DNA of 64,000 nucleotides from a virus (Duplodnaviria; Caudoviricetes): IMG/VR virus record IMGVR_UViG_3300024323_000001, positions 12 to 64,011 of that record; one strand, 5' to 3'. Shown piece by piece: positions 56,601 to 64,000 of this stretch (position 1 is its first letter; each line of letters starts with the position of its first letter). The notes under the pieces were generated by a model. It saw only the letters and a program-made list of their open reading frames with translations, ran no database searches and was not told where the DNA came from. The position numbers and the translations under genes were made by a program.

Positions 56601-58206
56601 GGAGTCCGCCAGCGCCGGGAGTCGGCAGCGCGAGATGGTCGCCCAAGAAGTAGCGGACGTTTCCGCCTGTCGCGGTAGTCGTAGAGATGCCAACGGCGGC
56701 GTTGACTCCGCTTACGTATGTGATATGCGTCCCATCAGGAACACTGGCGACGACTTTTACCCCGCCGAACTCCGCATCATCCGTGGTGCCATTGATGGTA
56801 ATTTCGCAACCTGGAGCTAGTTCTGCTGAACTGGCGATTGTAGCCGTAAAGGTATTGGCTACACCGGAAGCAATGCTGGTGATGGCCTGACTATGTGCTC
56901 CGGGCGTTGCGTTTCCTGTTGTCGTGGTTCCAGCAGAAGAAGCAGCGGTAAGTCCCTGCCCTACGTCGCGCATCGCAATTTGATAAGAGCGCGTTGTCGC
57001 ACCAGCACCAGCAGCAACTACGAATCCCGTGCCAAGCGGTCCAGCAGCGCAGACAGGCGTAACCGTTGGCGCAACCGGCGTGGTCATCGATTGCGAAGCG
57101 CCAGCGCCTACGATGGAAAATCCATCCCCAACTTGCAGGCCCGTGTTGGCGGAAACTACCGCTGAGTTGGTGCCGGATGAAATTGTTGCCGTTGGTGCAG
57201 GAGTAGCGGTGGGCGCTACTGCTCGGACGCCGAACTTCCGCATGTCCACGCTCGGATTTGGCCCGCGATTTATGTTGTCGTCGCTGTTCGTCAGTACGCC
57301 ACTGGATTCATTGAGATTTGTAGGTTGGCAAGCTCCTGCGGTCCCAGCGGCTTGGATATTTCCCTGACCGCCAGATGAGGAACAATTCCCACCGCCACCA
57401 CCTCCACCTGCGGGTTGAGTTAGTTGGCTCCAGTTCGTCCCATCGAAGCTGAATGTCTCATCCGTGCAGCCCGTCGTCTGAATCGCGGTCGTGTTGAGAA
57501 AGTTCGCAGGGAAGGCGAACGTCCATGGCGAACCTGCGCCTTGGCAGATATGGAGCTTCATCACGACGCCGTTCACGGGTGTCCCGCTCACGCTCGACGA
57601 CGTGACGTTTCCGGTGAGCGTGATTCCATAAGCAGCGTTGAGAGTCCCAGAGAATGACGGAGTCGCGCTGAACGCTACCGTCGAGAACGGCAAGGGAGCG
57701 CCTACACCTGCTCCTGCGCCATTGGAATTGACGTTAATCCACTTGCCGACAAGACCGTCCCACACCCACGTCGAAGCGGAACAGACGTTGGCGTTCGGCG
57801 AGACTGTCACAGGCGAGGGAGATTGGAAGTTGGAAGGGAACGCAAAGGTGAATCCGCCCGTGGCGTTCTGACAAGCAATCAGATAGAGGATCTGGCCGGA
57901 TTTGATTCCGGGCTGATTCACCGTGGACGAAGTGACGTTCCCACTCAGCGTGATGGCGAACGTGTTCCCTTTGGTCAGGTCGAATACGGGAGTGGCGCTG
58001 AACGGAACGGAGACGAACCCGCCGTGGAAGACGCCGATCGCCGCGTCGAGAGTATCGAAATCCTGGTTGATGTAGATTCCACCGTTCGTAGAACCTATTT
58101 TTGGCTTCTTTAGTCCAAGATTCGGCGTGGTCGTGAAATCGTTCTGGGCTCTCGCGCCAGCAGCCCACCCGAGCATCAGCAATAGAAGAATCGTCCGTCT
58201 CATCAT
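53632..58206 (-). CDS. Large tail fibre/spike-like protein with N-terminal signal peptide
   Basis: MMRRTILLLLMLGWAAGARA-Q then TTTPNLGLKKP...INQDFDTLD; duplicated domain; VDMRKFGV. Confidence 0.75.
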   Translation of the reverse strand: MMRRTILLLLMLGWAAGARAQNDFTTTPNLGLKKPKIGSTNGGIYINQDFDTLDAAIGVFHGGFVSVPFSATPVFDLTKGNTFAITLSGNVTSSTVNQPGIKSGQILYLIACQNATGGFTFAFPSNFQSPSPVTVSPNANVCSASTWVWDGLVGKWINVNSNGAGAGVGAPLPFSTVAFSATPSFSGTLNAAYGITLTGNVTSSSVSGTPVNGVVMKLHICQGAGSPWTFAFPANFLNTTAIQTTGCTDETFSFDGTNWSQLTQPAGGGGGGGNCSSSGGQGNIQAAGTAGACQPTNLNESSGVLTNSDDNINRGPNPSVDMRKFGVRAVAPTATPAPTATISSGTNSAVVSANTGLQVGDGFSIVGAGASQSMTTPVAPTVTPVCAAGPLGTGFVVAAGAGATTRSYQIAMRDVGQGLTAASSAGTTTTGNATPGAHSQAITSIASGVANTFTATIASSAELAPGCEITINGTTDDAEFGGVKVVASVPDGTHITYVSGVNAAVGISTTTATGGNVRYFLGDHLALPTPGAGGLQYEIYLGGTKVGESLIASLGYTDTTYNTWDYWGATISGGYPVSWWAPTTPPASPVNDTLVTTITNIAGTTLTLANNASTSVTTAQARFDNAPNIAACVSATNASAVTGAGGTCRFPVVVENNSTQVYCYEISTFLDLTGVNAIIQDGSVCLRDTLKFNGNWYGTDLSAKRMINASNGLRPHIPIFVFTANPGIWITNGSAGLNKVDVDVFGNGVVGVFNTSSHAAQIFEDDNFFSASPDDYMNVLFYDYQSSGAGAFGYKIRNSSFVANSVLNGGQAQVGQTTTPVFISKFNTLMNFDYISGTTRGIYIVPHISGLSGRFIGGEEWQGNITPLISFQPYYAGNTAGFFSIMDLYNDTGPAPMVAYIAAPAASLGATIQINGSDLPSSNAPLVSGSPFASLILQNISATNALQLGQNMNTTSIGQTNGSLPGIRTASLATAAVNYTGNHTLTKAEGAVNAQGTLTFTIDTTLGDGQMWDVYSETGTTTLTVSAGTLHGNAATGNITIPNNSGMHVFLKGGNAYAYGLGGGGGGGGCTPGGTTGATLYNGGGGTCAGVNSPIVNGNYNVHYRVTGSVAVNPAIDNPGVPINAQTGTTYTIGTANTDFDRGYLITANNAGAQTYTFVNPSTTGYGFNHFFVIKNIGTGTVTATASGFTINGATTLLIAPSWTVFFWSDGINYFASRLPDFTAFPNCIGGGNALQFTTATGVFSCGSSSAGVSSITGDGIIFNNSLSTGAVTLTLVSGGANKVLANCTGAPAAPTYCNITDAMLTAASHAALYNASNVWTGLQDFSGATVKVPTGAGFTTSATSMDGYDSTAKIRHIFTNNADALAMVTTATCTTTTNIAHATAVAGIYSCGAMVTADIPVQYTKSTCTEVWGGSGSSFALTAGDDAISNNTCYNDSGVTRTITAVKCLSDNGANTTTVNPTFGASGTGTTILSGALTCGNSNAMSSSGTVSNASWTTGTGINPVMGGTLTGTHIAMIVEYTF

Positions 58207-58892
58207 CGCTCTCCTACTGGTTGGAGGTCGCTCTTGGTACGCCGCGGCCGCAGAATGGGCGGGTCAATGTCCATTCCCATCGCCTTCCTGAATAGGCTGG
58301 ACGAGAGGAGCTTCTCATTCTTCACCGCTGCGGCCTTGAGGAAGGATTGGTAGAGCGGGATTGCGGCGTCGAACTCCGCTCCCCCCTCCTTAAACGCTCC
58401 GAGATACTGGCAATAATTGACGAGAGTGTTCAGTTCCTCTGCGCCGATGTCGATTGTGTCGTCTAGGGCGACGAGCTGCGGCGCCGCGGAGAGACCGTCG
58501 ATGACGAGAGAGTTGTAGCCTACGGCATCGGCCGGCCGGAGCGCGATGAGGCTGATGCCCACGGGAGCCCACTCTTGCGGAGTAGAGGGCCGCCCTTCCC
58601 ACTTTGGATAGCCCTTATCCCAATTGGTGATGGAGCCCGGAGCGAGCGGAGTGGAGTTGAACTCAACGCGCATTCCAGCGGTGAGAAAGCCCGCGAGACT
58701 ATAGTAAGGGAGCGTGGGCAGAGTTTGCATGACGATGCGCTGCTTCCAATATCCAGTGAGGCACGACCAGCACCGCAGGGCCTCGTTGATATAGCCCTGT
58801 ATCTCGGTGGGAGTCCAGAACGGCGAGTTCTCGAAGCGCGCGAAGACCATCGCCTGAACTTGAGCGAGCGTGTATTGGGTGCGCACGGACAT
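58203..58892 (-). CDS. Head-tail adaptor/ring protein
   Basis: FWTPTEIQGYINEALR; LVNYCQYLGAFKEG. Confidence 0.65.
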   Translation of the reverse strand: MSVRTQYTLAQVQAMVFARFENSPFWTPTEIQGYINEALRCWSCLTGYWKQRIVMQTLPTLPYYSLAGFLTAGMRVEFNSTPLAPGSITNWDKGYPKWEGRPSTPQEWAPVGISLIALRPADAVGYNSLVIDGLSAAPQLVALDDTIDIGAEELNTLVNYCQYLGAFKEGGAEFDAAIPLYQSFLKAAAVKNEKLLSSSLFRKAMGMDIDPPILRPRRTKSDLQPVGER

Positions 58893-59441
58893 TTACTGAA
58901 CCACCGTCACGTTCCACGCCACGGCATTCGGCGTGATGGGATTGGGCGTGACGTTCGCGAGGCGGACGCTCACCGTGTTCGGGGCGCTGACCCATGCGCT
59001 CCAAATTAGACCGAATCCTGGGTCGCCTACAGGTGAGACCGAGGCGACGCCTGAGGTGAGAGCGCCCGAGAGCGCAATAGTCTGCTCTTGGGTGAAGCCT
59101 GACGGGATGGTCGTAAACAGGGAGTTGAGCGATAGCGACGCGCCGATCAGAAGCGCACTGACCGCTGAGTTCAGGTCGAGGTCTAGGTAATCCGAAAGTG
59201 TGTAAGCGGGCGAAATGGTCGGGGAACCGCCGCTCATCTGGACATCATAGCGCCCGTTCGCCGCGTAGAACAGCCACAGGCCGTTCGCGTCCGAGGTGAA
59301 GGGATTCGATTGAGGCGTCGCGAGGTTATCCGAGAAGATTGGAGCGAGCGTGAGCGTCCCTGTCAGGTACACGGTTATCGTCGCCGAGGCGACGCGCGCA
59401 CCAGTGGACTGGATTTGGGAGTAGCCGAATCGCTTCTCCAT
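58893..59441 (-). CDS. Putative fibre/spike attachment protein
   Basis: ITVYLTGT...IFSDN...NPFTSDANG...FYAANGRYDV resembles tailspike virion-binding domains. Confidence 0.55.
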   Translation of the reverse strand: MEKRFGYSQIQSTGARVASATITVYLTGTLTLAPIFSDNLATPQSNPFTSDANGLWLFYAANGRYDVQMSGGSPTISPAYTLSDYLDLDLNSAVSALLIGASLSLNSLFTTIPSGFTQEQTIALSGALTSGVASVSPVGDPGFGLIWSAWVSAPNTVSVRLANVTPNPITPNAVAWNVTVVQ

Positions 59442-59447
59442 CGAAGG

Positions 59448-59699
59448 CTAGACCTCCGACTTGCCGCCGCGGCCGACGAACGTCGCATCATCCGAGGGCT
59501 TGTCACTCTTGGTCGAAGGATTGATGTCGTCGTAGGTAAGGGCGAACTCAATCCCGCCGTTCGCGCTGAGGCCTTCGGGGCCTTTGAGGCCGTAGATGGT
59601 CTCGTCGGACGAGAGCGACGGCTTACGCTCGCTCGGGTTCCCGCAGATTTCCTCGACGGGAGTTTTGACCAAGTTGGAATTAGGTTTGTGTTCGGACAT
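59448..59699 (-). CDS. Hypothetical protein
   Basis: AAGGAG RBS, 83 aa. Confidence 0.55.
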   Translation of the reverse strand: MSEHKPNSNLVKTPVEEICGNPSERKPSLSSDETIYGLKGPEGLSANGGIEFALTYDDINPSTKSDKPSDDATFVGRGGKSEV

Positions 59700-59715
59700 C
59701 TGAGTTCTCCTTTAG

Positions 59716-60966
59716 CTATGCTGAGACCGCATGAGACTGCGCCCAATCAGCGCCCATTGCGAAGGGCATAGGAGCCATACCTAGCCCTTGAAAGGTACTT
59801 AGCTGATATCGGCAATCTACCATATACACTTCGTCGTCCTCGCGCTCCATCTCGGCGACCTTCATCTGGAATTCTTTCTCGAATGACATGGCGGTGTCCA
59901 GTCCGTACATCGGATTGGGAGTGGTCTGGGAGCCACGCCAGCGGCAGACGTCGGCGAGAGCGCCTTTGACGAGAACGTCGGCGTCAATGAACGGCGGGAC
60001 TAGGCCGTTCGGGTCGTCGAGGTCGGGAAACCGCTTGTCGTAGATGAAGGGGTAGACGCGCTGGGACATGCAGTAGGGCCACAGCTCATACATCGGGATC
60101 TGAGCGGTGAAGCCCGGCGTGCAGGGCGAGACGAAGACGTCGTTGAGGACGTAGTTGCCAATGTTGGAGGGGAACTGGACCGTGACGCCATTGGACATCA
60201 GGAAGGGCGATTGAGCAGTGGCGAAGGGACCGTTTGGGGCGGAGCCATTGAGCGCCCAGGTGAATTGAGCGGTGCCTACGGGGCCTCCAGTGGTGATATT
60301 GATGGAGTAAACGGCGTTGGTGCGACCAGAGAAGGTGCCGAAGAGGACGGGGGCGGCGTCACCCACGGTGCCAACAACTTGGACCGCAGCGCCCACACTT
60401 CCGGCCGTAGGCGATGTTGAGTATCGGTAGTCAGCGACCCCATACGCAGTTCCACTCCACGCGCGTTGAGCGTCATACGTATCCAGCTCCTCTTGGCTCA
60501 AGTGGAGCCACAGTCGGTAATTGTTGAACGTGTCCTTCAGTGAGATGAAGTCTTGGAAGTCGGCGGGCGGCGTCAGGTAAGCGAGGAAGATTTGATAGCC
60601 CGTAGGCGAGCCGGGGACGACCCCGCCGAACGGGAGGTCAATCTGGAGCTGCGTGGCCGAGTCAACCTCGATGATGGTGTAGATTGGGGCGACCGCGCCG
60701 AAGCGGAATTGCCGCCCGACGAGCGCGCTGGTCCAGCCTGTTCCAGACCCGGTGATGACAGGGGAGTTGAGCGTCGCTGTAGCGAGCCCGGTCGAATAGA
60801 CCGTAGGGGTGATGAACTGGTTCTGGCCGATGCGCCATGACCAGAGGCGCTTGCGGCGGATGTCGCGGAACCTAGAGCGAATGAACTGCTGAGCGAGCGT
60901 GGTTGGAAGCACTGGCGAGTGCAACTGAAGCGCCCGCCAAAGCTCGGCGTAAGTTTCCTGTGCCAT
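59716..60966 (-). CDS. Tail tubular A/adaptor-like protein with inserted beta domains
   Basis: Helical N- and C-termini (RKRLWSW; DVLVKGALAD), YLTPPADFQDF. Confidence 0.6.
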   Translation of the reverse strand: MAQETYAELWRALQLHSPVLPTTLAQQFIRSRFRDIRRKRLWSWRIGQNQFITPTVYSTGLATATLNSPVITGSGTGWTSALVGRQFRFGAVAPIYTIIEVDSATQLQIDLPFGGVVPGSPTGYQIFLAYLTPPADFQDFISLKDTFNNYRLWLHLSQEELDTYDAQRAWSGTAYGVADYRYSTSPTAGSVGAAVQVVGTVGDAAPVLFGTFSGRTNAVYSINITTGGPVGTAQFTWALNGSAPNGPFATAQSPFLMSNGVTVQFPSNIGNYVLNDVFVSPCTPGFTAQIPMYELWPYCMSQRVYPFIYDKRFPDLDDPNGLVPPFIDADVLVKGALADVCRWRGSQTTPNPMYGLDTAMSFEKEFQMKVAEMEREDDEVYMVDCRYQLSTFQGLGMAPMPFAMGADWAQSHAVSA

Positions 60967-60983
60967 TCACGCTCGCTCCCTTT

Positions 60984-61229
60984 TCAGTAGCCCCAGACAA
61001 TGACCGAGGCTCCCGTGTAGGAGCCGCCGGCGGTGATTGTGAGTGTTCCGCCCGAGGCAGTGATGGCGGTCGGCGGGTTGGCGCTCCCGGCGTCCATGGA
61101 CCACGAGGAGATGGATTTGAGCCCCGTGTTCCAAGTGTCGCCCGAGCCCGTGCCCGCGATGATGGCTCCCACGGAACGGCGGGAGCCCATGACGTTGTCG
61201 TAGCGCTTGGTGACTGTGACGGCGGCCAT
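60984..61229 (-). CDS. Small virion protein
   Basis: 81-aa beta-rich ORF after the decoration gene. Confidence 0.55.
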   Translation of the reverse strand: MAAVTVTKRYDNVMGSRRSVGAIIAGTGSGDTWNTGLKSISSWSMDAGSANPPTAITASGGTLTITAGGSYTGASVIVWGY

Positions 61230-61768
61230 TAGAGCACCTCACCGTCGTCGAGAATCATTGAGCAGGTGACCTGAGTGGTAGTCGCGGCCGTAGTGACCCA
61301 GCCGATGACTTTCGACACAGGAGCCGTACCCAAAGTGGTTGCGTCCGCAGCGCCGACTGTGGAGCCGGAGCGCGCGATGACCGCGCCGCCTACCGCGCCC
61401 GCTGTCGTGGTTCCGGCGTATGTGAGTACGGCGGCCCCGCCGATTTGCATGGCGAAGTAATTGGAAGCAGCGACGATTCCCGGCGCGCGACCCGCGACAC
61501 CGTTGATGCCGGCTGCGTTGCGGGTGTCGCCCGTCGCCGCCGTCACAGTGTAGAGAGTACGCTGCGCCCAGAACACGAGCTGGTTCGCTGCCGTCGTCGA
61601 ACTCGAAGAGTCGAGCTGAACGAGCTGGTAGCGCTTCCCGGTTGAGGCGACGAACTTCTTCCCAAGCTCGCCCGGCTTGTAGGGCGTGGTGATCGCAGTG
61701 GTGATTCCGTATGTTTCTGGGTCACCCGTGGAGAGATATACAGTCTGGTCAGTGATTGTCTGTGGCAT
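61229..61768 (-). CDS. Capsid decoration/cement protein
   Basis: Follows the capsid gene with a strong RBS; Thr/Ala/Gly-rich; GKRYQLVQ. Confidence 0.65.
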   Translation of the reverse strand: MPQTITDQTVYLSTGDPETYGITTAITTPYKPGELGKKFVASTGKRYQLVQLDSSSSTTAANQLVFWAQRTLYTVTAATGDTRNAAGINGVAGRAPGIVAASNYFAMQIGGAAVLTYAGTTTAGAVGGAVIARSGSTVGAADATTLGTAPVSKVIGWVTTAATTTQVTCSMILDDGEVL

Positions 61769-61783
61769 GGTTCATCTCCCTCC

Positions 61784-62878
61784 TTAGGATGTGATCCCGT
61801 ACATCTGCTTGTGGTAGCGCGGGCCAGGAACTGAGATTTGGCACGACGCGAGAACCTGCCCAGAGACCTTCGTGTTGCCCTGAGCGGGCTTGAAGCCTGT
61901 GAAGCCGAAGCCGAACATCGGGTCGTCCGAGACGTAGAACCGAAGGAATGGCTTGCGGGCGTTAATCCACCAGAACGTCTCGCCGGACTGGGCGAGAGTT
62001 GGGTAGGCAGTGACGGCGCCCTGAGACATCGTCTTCAAGGCTTGGACGGCGATGCGGTTCGACTGGCTCTGGGGCGAGGTCGTGGTGATATCCGTCCCCG
62101 GAGCGTAGCGGGACTTGATGATCGTCGCCGAGTTGAACTTTAGCCCGTTGAAGCCGATCGCCGGATCCTGCGTGTCGTTGAAGCGCTGCTGGGTCTGGAA
62201 CTTCTCCTTCACGTAGGAATACCCGAGAACGGTCGTCACGCCCAGATTGGGTTCGATGTTCCCGAACGAGGCAGTGCCGTAGTTCTCTTCGAGCTGGTTG
62301 TACTCGATTGTCCCGTTGATGTTCACGGGGGCGGAGTTGAGCGCGGTGCCGACTTGGCCGCCGCGGGTGATTCCACCGTAGGTTGCGTAGGTGGCGTTGT
62401 CCCACGAGACCGTGGTGTTGTCGTTCAGCGCTTCGGCGAAGCCGTTAAAGTTGGAGGTGTAGCCCGCCGTGGTGCCGTTGATGTACTGGAGGATGGACAT
62501 CTGGGCACCAAGCGTCATGTAAGCGTTGGTCATGCGGCTGTCGATGAGCTTGAACGCCGCCCGAGGCCCCTTGTTCAGGACCTTGATGTCTTCGAGCGAC
62601 ATCGTGACGTTCATCTCGAAGAACTTCATGTTGAGCTGATAGGCCTGTTCCACCTGCTTTTCTGAGATGTCGAACTCCTGACCCTTGGCGTACGGGCCAC
62701 CGATGAGTCCATCAAAGAAGAAGCCTTCCTGAATGAGCGTGCCGCCATCGAAATCGTCGCGGACGTTCAGCTTCAGATAGGCCAGCAAGGGGTCAGCCTG
62801 GAAGACGTTATCGACGAGAGCGGGAGTGTCCTGAATGTAGCGCTCTGTCGCAACGTTAAGTTGATCCAGTTCTGCCAT
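61784..62878 (-). CDS. Major capsid protein
   Basis: 364 aa after scaffold; LVDNVFQADPLLAYL, GFNGLKFNSA. Confidence 0.85.
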   Translation of the reverse strand: MAELDQLNVATERYIQDTPALVDNVFQADPLLAYLKLNVRDDFDGGTLIQEGFFFDGLIGGPYAKGQEFDISEKQVEQAYQLNMKFFEMNVTMSLEDIKVLNKGPRAAFKLIDSRMTNAYMTLGAQMSILQYINGTTAGYTSNFNGFAEALNDNTTVSWDNATYATYGGITRGGQVGTALNSAPVNINGTIEYNQLEENYGTASFGNIEPNLGVTTVLGYSYVKEKFQTQQRFNDTQDPAIGFNGLKFNSATIIKSRYAPGTDITTTSPQSQSNRIAVQALKTMSQGAVTAYPTLAQSGETFWWINARKPFLRFYVSDDPMFGFGFTGFKPAQGNTKVSGQVLASCQISVPGPRYHKQMYGITS

Positions 62879-62938
62879 TTCATACCATCGTTGCGGTTGA
62901 GCGCATTCGTGGCGCTTCCGCCTCTACTTCACGTGCGA

Positions 62939-63691
62939 TTACTGATGCTTCGACGCGAGGGCTTCCTTTGTCCATGCCTCGGCGAAGTTGGCGGAGCGCT
63001 GGGCGTCGGTCATGCCCTTCGTCGCCTCGACCTGCTTCGGCTGCCCGAAAATCGGGTGGTAGGACTTGGAGCCTTCGTCGGGGACATCGCGCTTGGTCAT
63101 GCCTTCGCGAACGCCTTCTTCGCGAGCCAGCTTGATTTTCTCCTCGAGCGCTTTGTCATTGATTTCCTTCACACGGGGGGCAACATACTCCTCGTAAGCC
63201 TTGACCACCGTGAGCCCCTTTTCGATTGCAATCTTTTCGACCGCATCGACGTCGAGGGCTTCATGGAAGTCAGCAGCGTGACGAGAAGCAATTCGCCCCA
63301 TGTCTTTCGTTACTGCAATGAGTTGGCCGCGTTCGCGAGCGAGAAGGTCTTCGAGTTCCTTCTTCGTGTAGCCGGAAGTGGGAGTTACGGTTGGCGTAAC
63401 TGTAATGCCAGCCTTCGCTCGTAGTTCCTGCAACTCGGTCTCACGTGCCGCGTCGGTTTCGGCGGCTGTCTTGTACCACTCGCGCCACTGGCCAATCTGA
63501 GTATCGACCTTGAGCTTCTCGGCCTTCAACTCGTCCATGTTGCGAGAGTAGTCCGACTGCCGCTTCACGCCCTTCTCCAACTCTTCTGCGAACTTAGCGT
63601 TCCCAAGAACCTTAGTCAGGCTCGCCTTCGACTCGTCATCGAGGCCCGCCGTCTTAGCCAGTTCATTGAGATATTCCTGCAACGTGCTCAT
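62939..63691 (-). CDS. Capsid scaffolding protein
   Basis: Charged coiled coil with RQSDYSR motif, immediately upstream of the capsid gene. Confidence 0.75.
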   Translation of the reverse strand: MSTLQEYLNELAKTAGLDDESKASLTKVLGNAKFAEELEKGVKRQSDYSRNMDELKAEKLKVDTQIGQWREWYKTAAETDAARETELQELRAKAGITVTPTVTPTSGYTKKELEDLLARERGQLIAVTKDMGRIASRHAADFHEALDVDAVEKIAIEKGLTVVKAYEEYVAPRVKEINDKALEEKIKLAREEGVREGMTKRDVPDEGSKSYHPIFGQPKQVEATKGMTDAQRSANFAEAWTKEALASKHQ

Positions 63692-63884
63692 TTGTCACCT
63701 TTCTGCCGCCAGAGGCTCCGCAGTGATTGAACGTGCTTCACTGAGGGCCACCTCCTGGCATCGGTGGTGCTTGGCTTGGGGGAGCTGGCACGCCGCCTGG
63801 TCCCGCCGGCGGAGCGGCCGCTTGAGGCGGCGCACCCTGCGGAGGTTGCGGGGGCTGTGCCGGACCTGCGCCCGAAGCCAAAGA

Positions 63885-64000
63885 TTGCTGGGGATTGCCC
63901 TGACTCTGCTTCAGGGATGAGATTACCCCAAGTCTCATACTTGCTATCAGTTGAGCCGCGACGGGGACGAATGAGGGGAGCATGTGCCCGAGCGACGTGA
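63885..64000. repeat. Terminal overlap copy of 1-116
   Basis: Exact match to the window start. Confidence 0.95.

Noticed and set aside
49455-58206. Diversity-generating retroelement acting on fibre genes
   Set aside because: No reverse transcriptase and no template/variable repeat pair seen
63885-64000. Biological direct terminal repeat
   Set aside because: The overlap falls in the middle of a coding sequence and is more simply a circular-assembly overlap

Overview
The window is an apparently complete, circularly closed ~63,884-bp tailed-phage genome: 63885-64000 repeats 1-116 exactly and one ORF reads across the junction. The architecture is podovirus-like. The minus strand carries portal, scaffold, capsid, adaptor/nozzle, ejection and lysis genes; the plus strand carries early and replication genes. 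I see no integrase, RNA polymerase, recognisable primase, tRNA or CRISPR array. An Acidobacteriota-like host is only an inference from extracellular-type domains. Main observations: (1) the PD-(D/E)XK/Cas4-like exonuclease gene needs a +1 shift at GAGG-TTT-CTT-TGA, the architecture of the prfB/RF2 programmed frameshift; (2) four fibre/spike-like late proteins start with Sec-type signal peptides and are Cys-rich; (3) the large terminase is split into ATPase and nuclease genes by a translationally coupled glycosyltransferase-methyltransferase gene; (4) the UDG-PolA fusion has changes at the steric gate and in motifs B and C; (5) four related hairpins separate the early genes; (6) two candidate structured RNAs lie in intergenic gaps; (7) a pair of paralogous zinc-ribbon micro-genes each has its own promoter. 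All calls come from motif reading by eye; no database searches were run.
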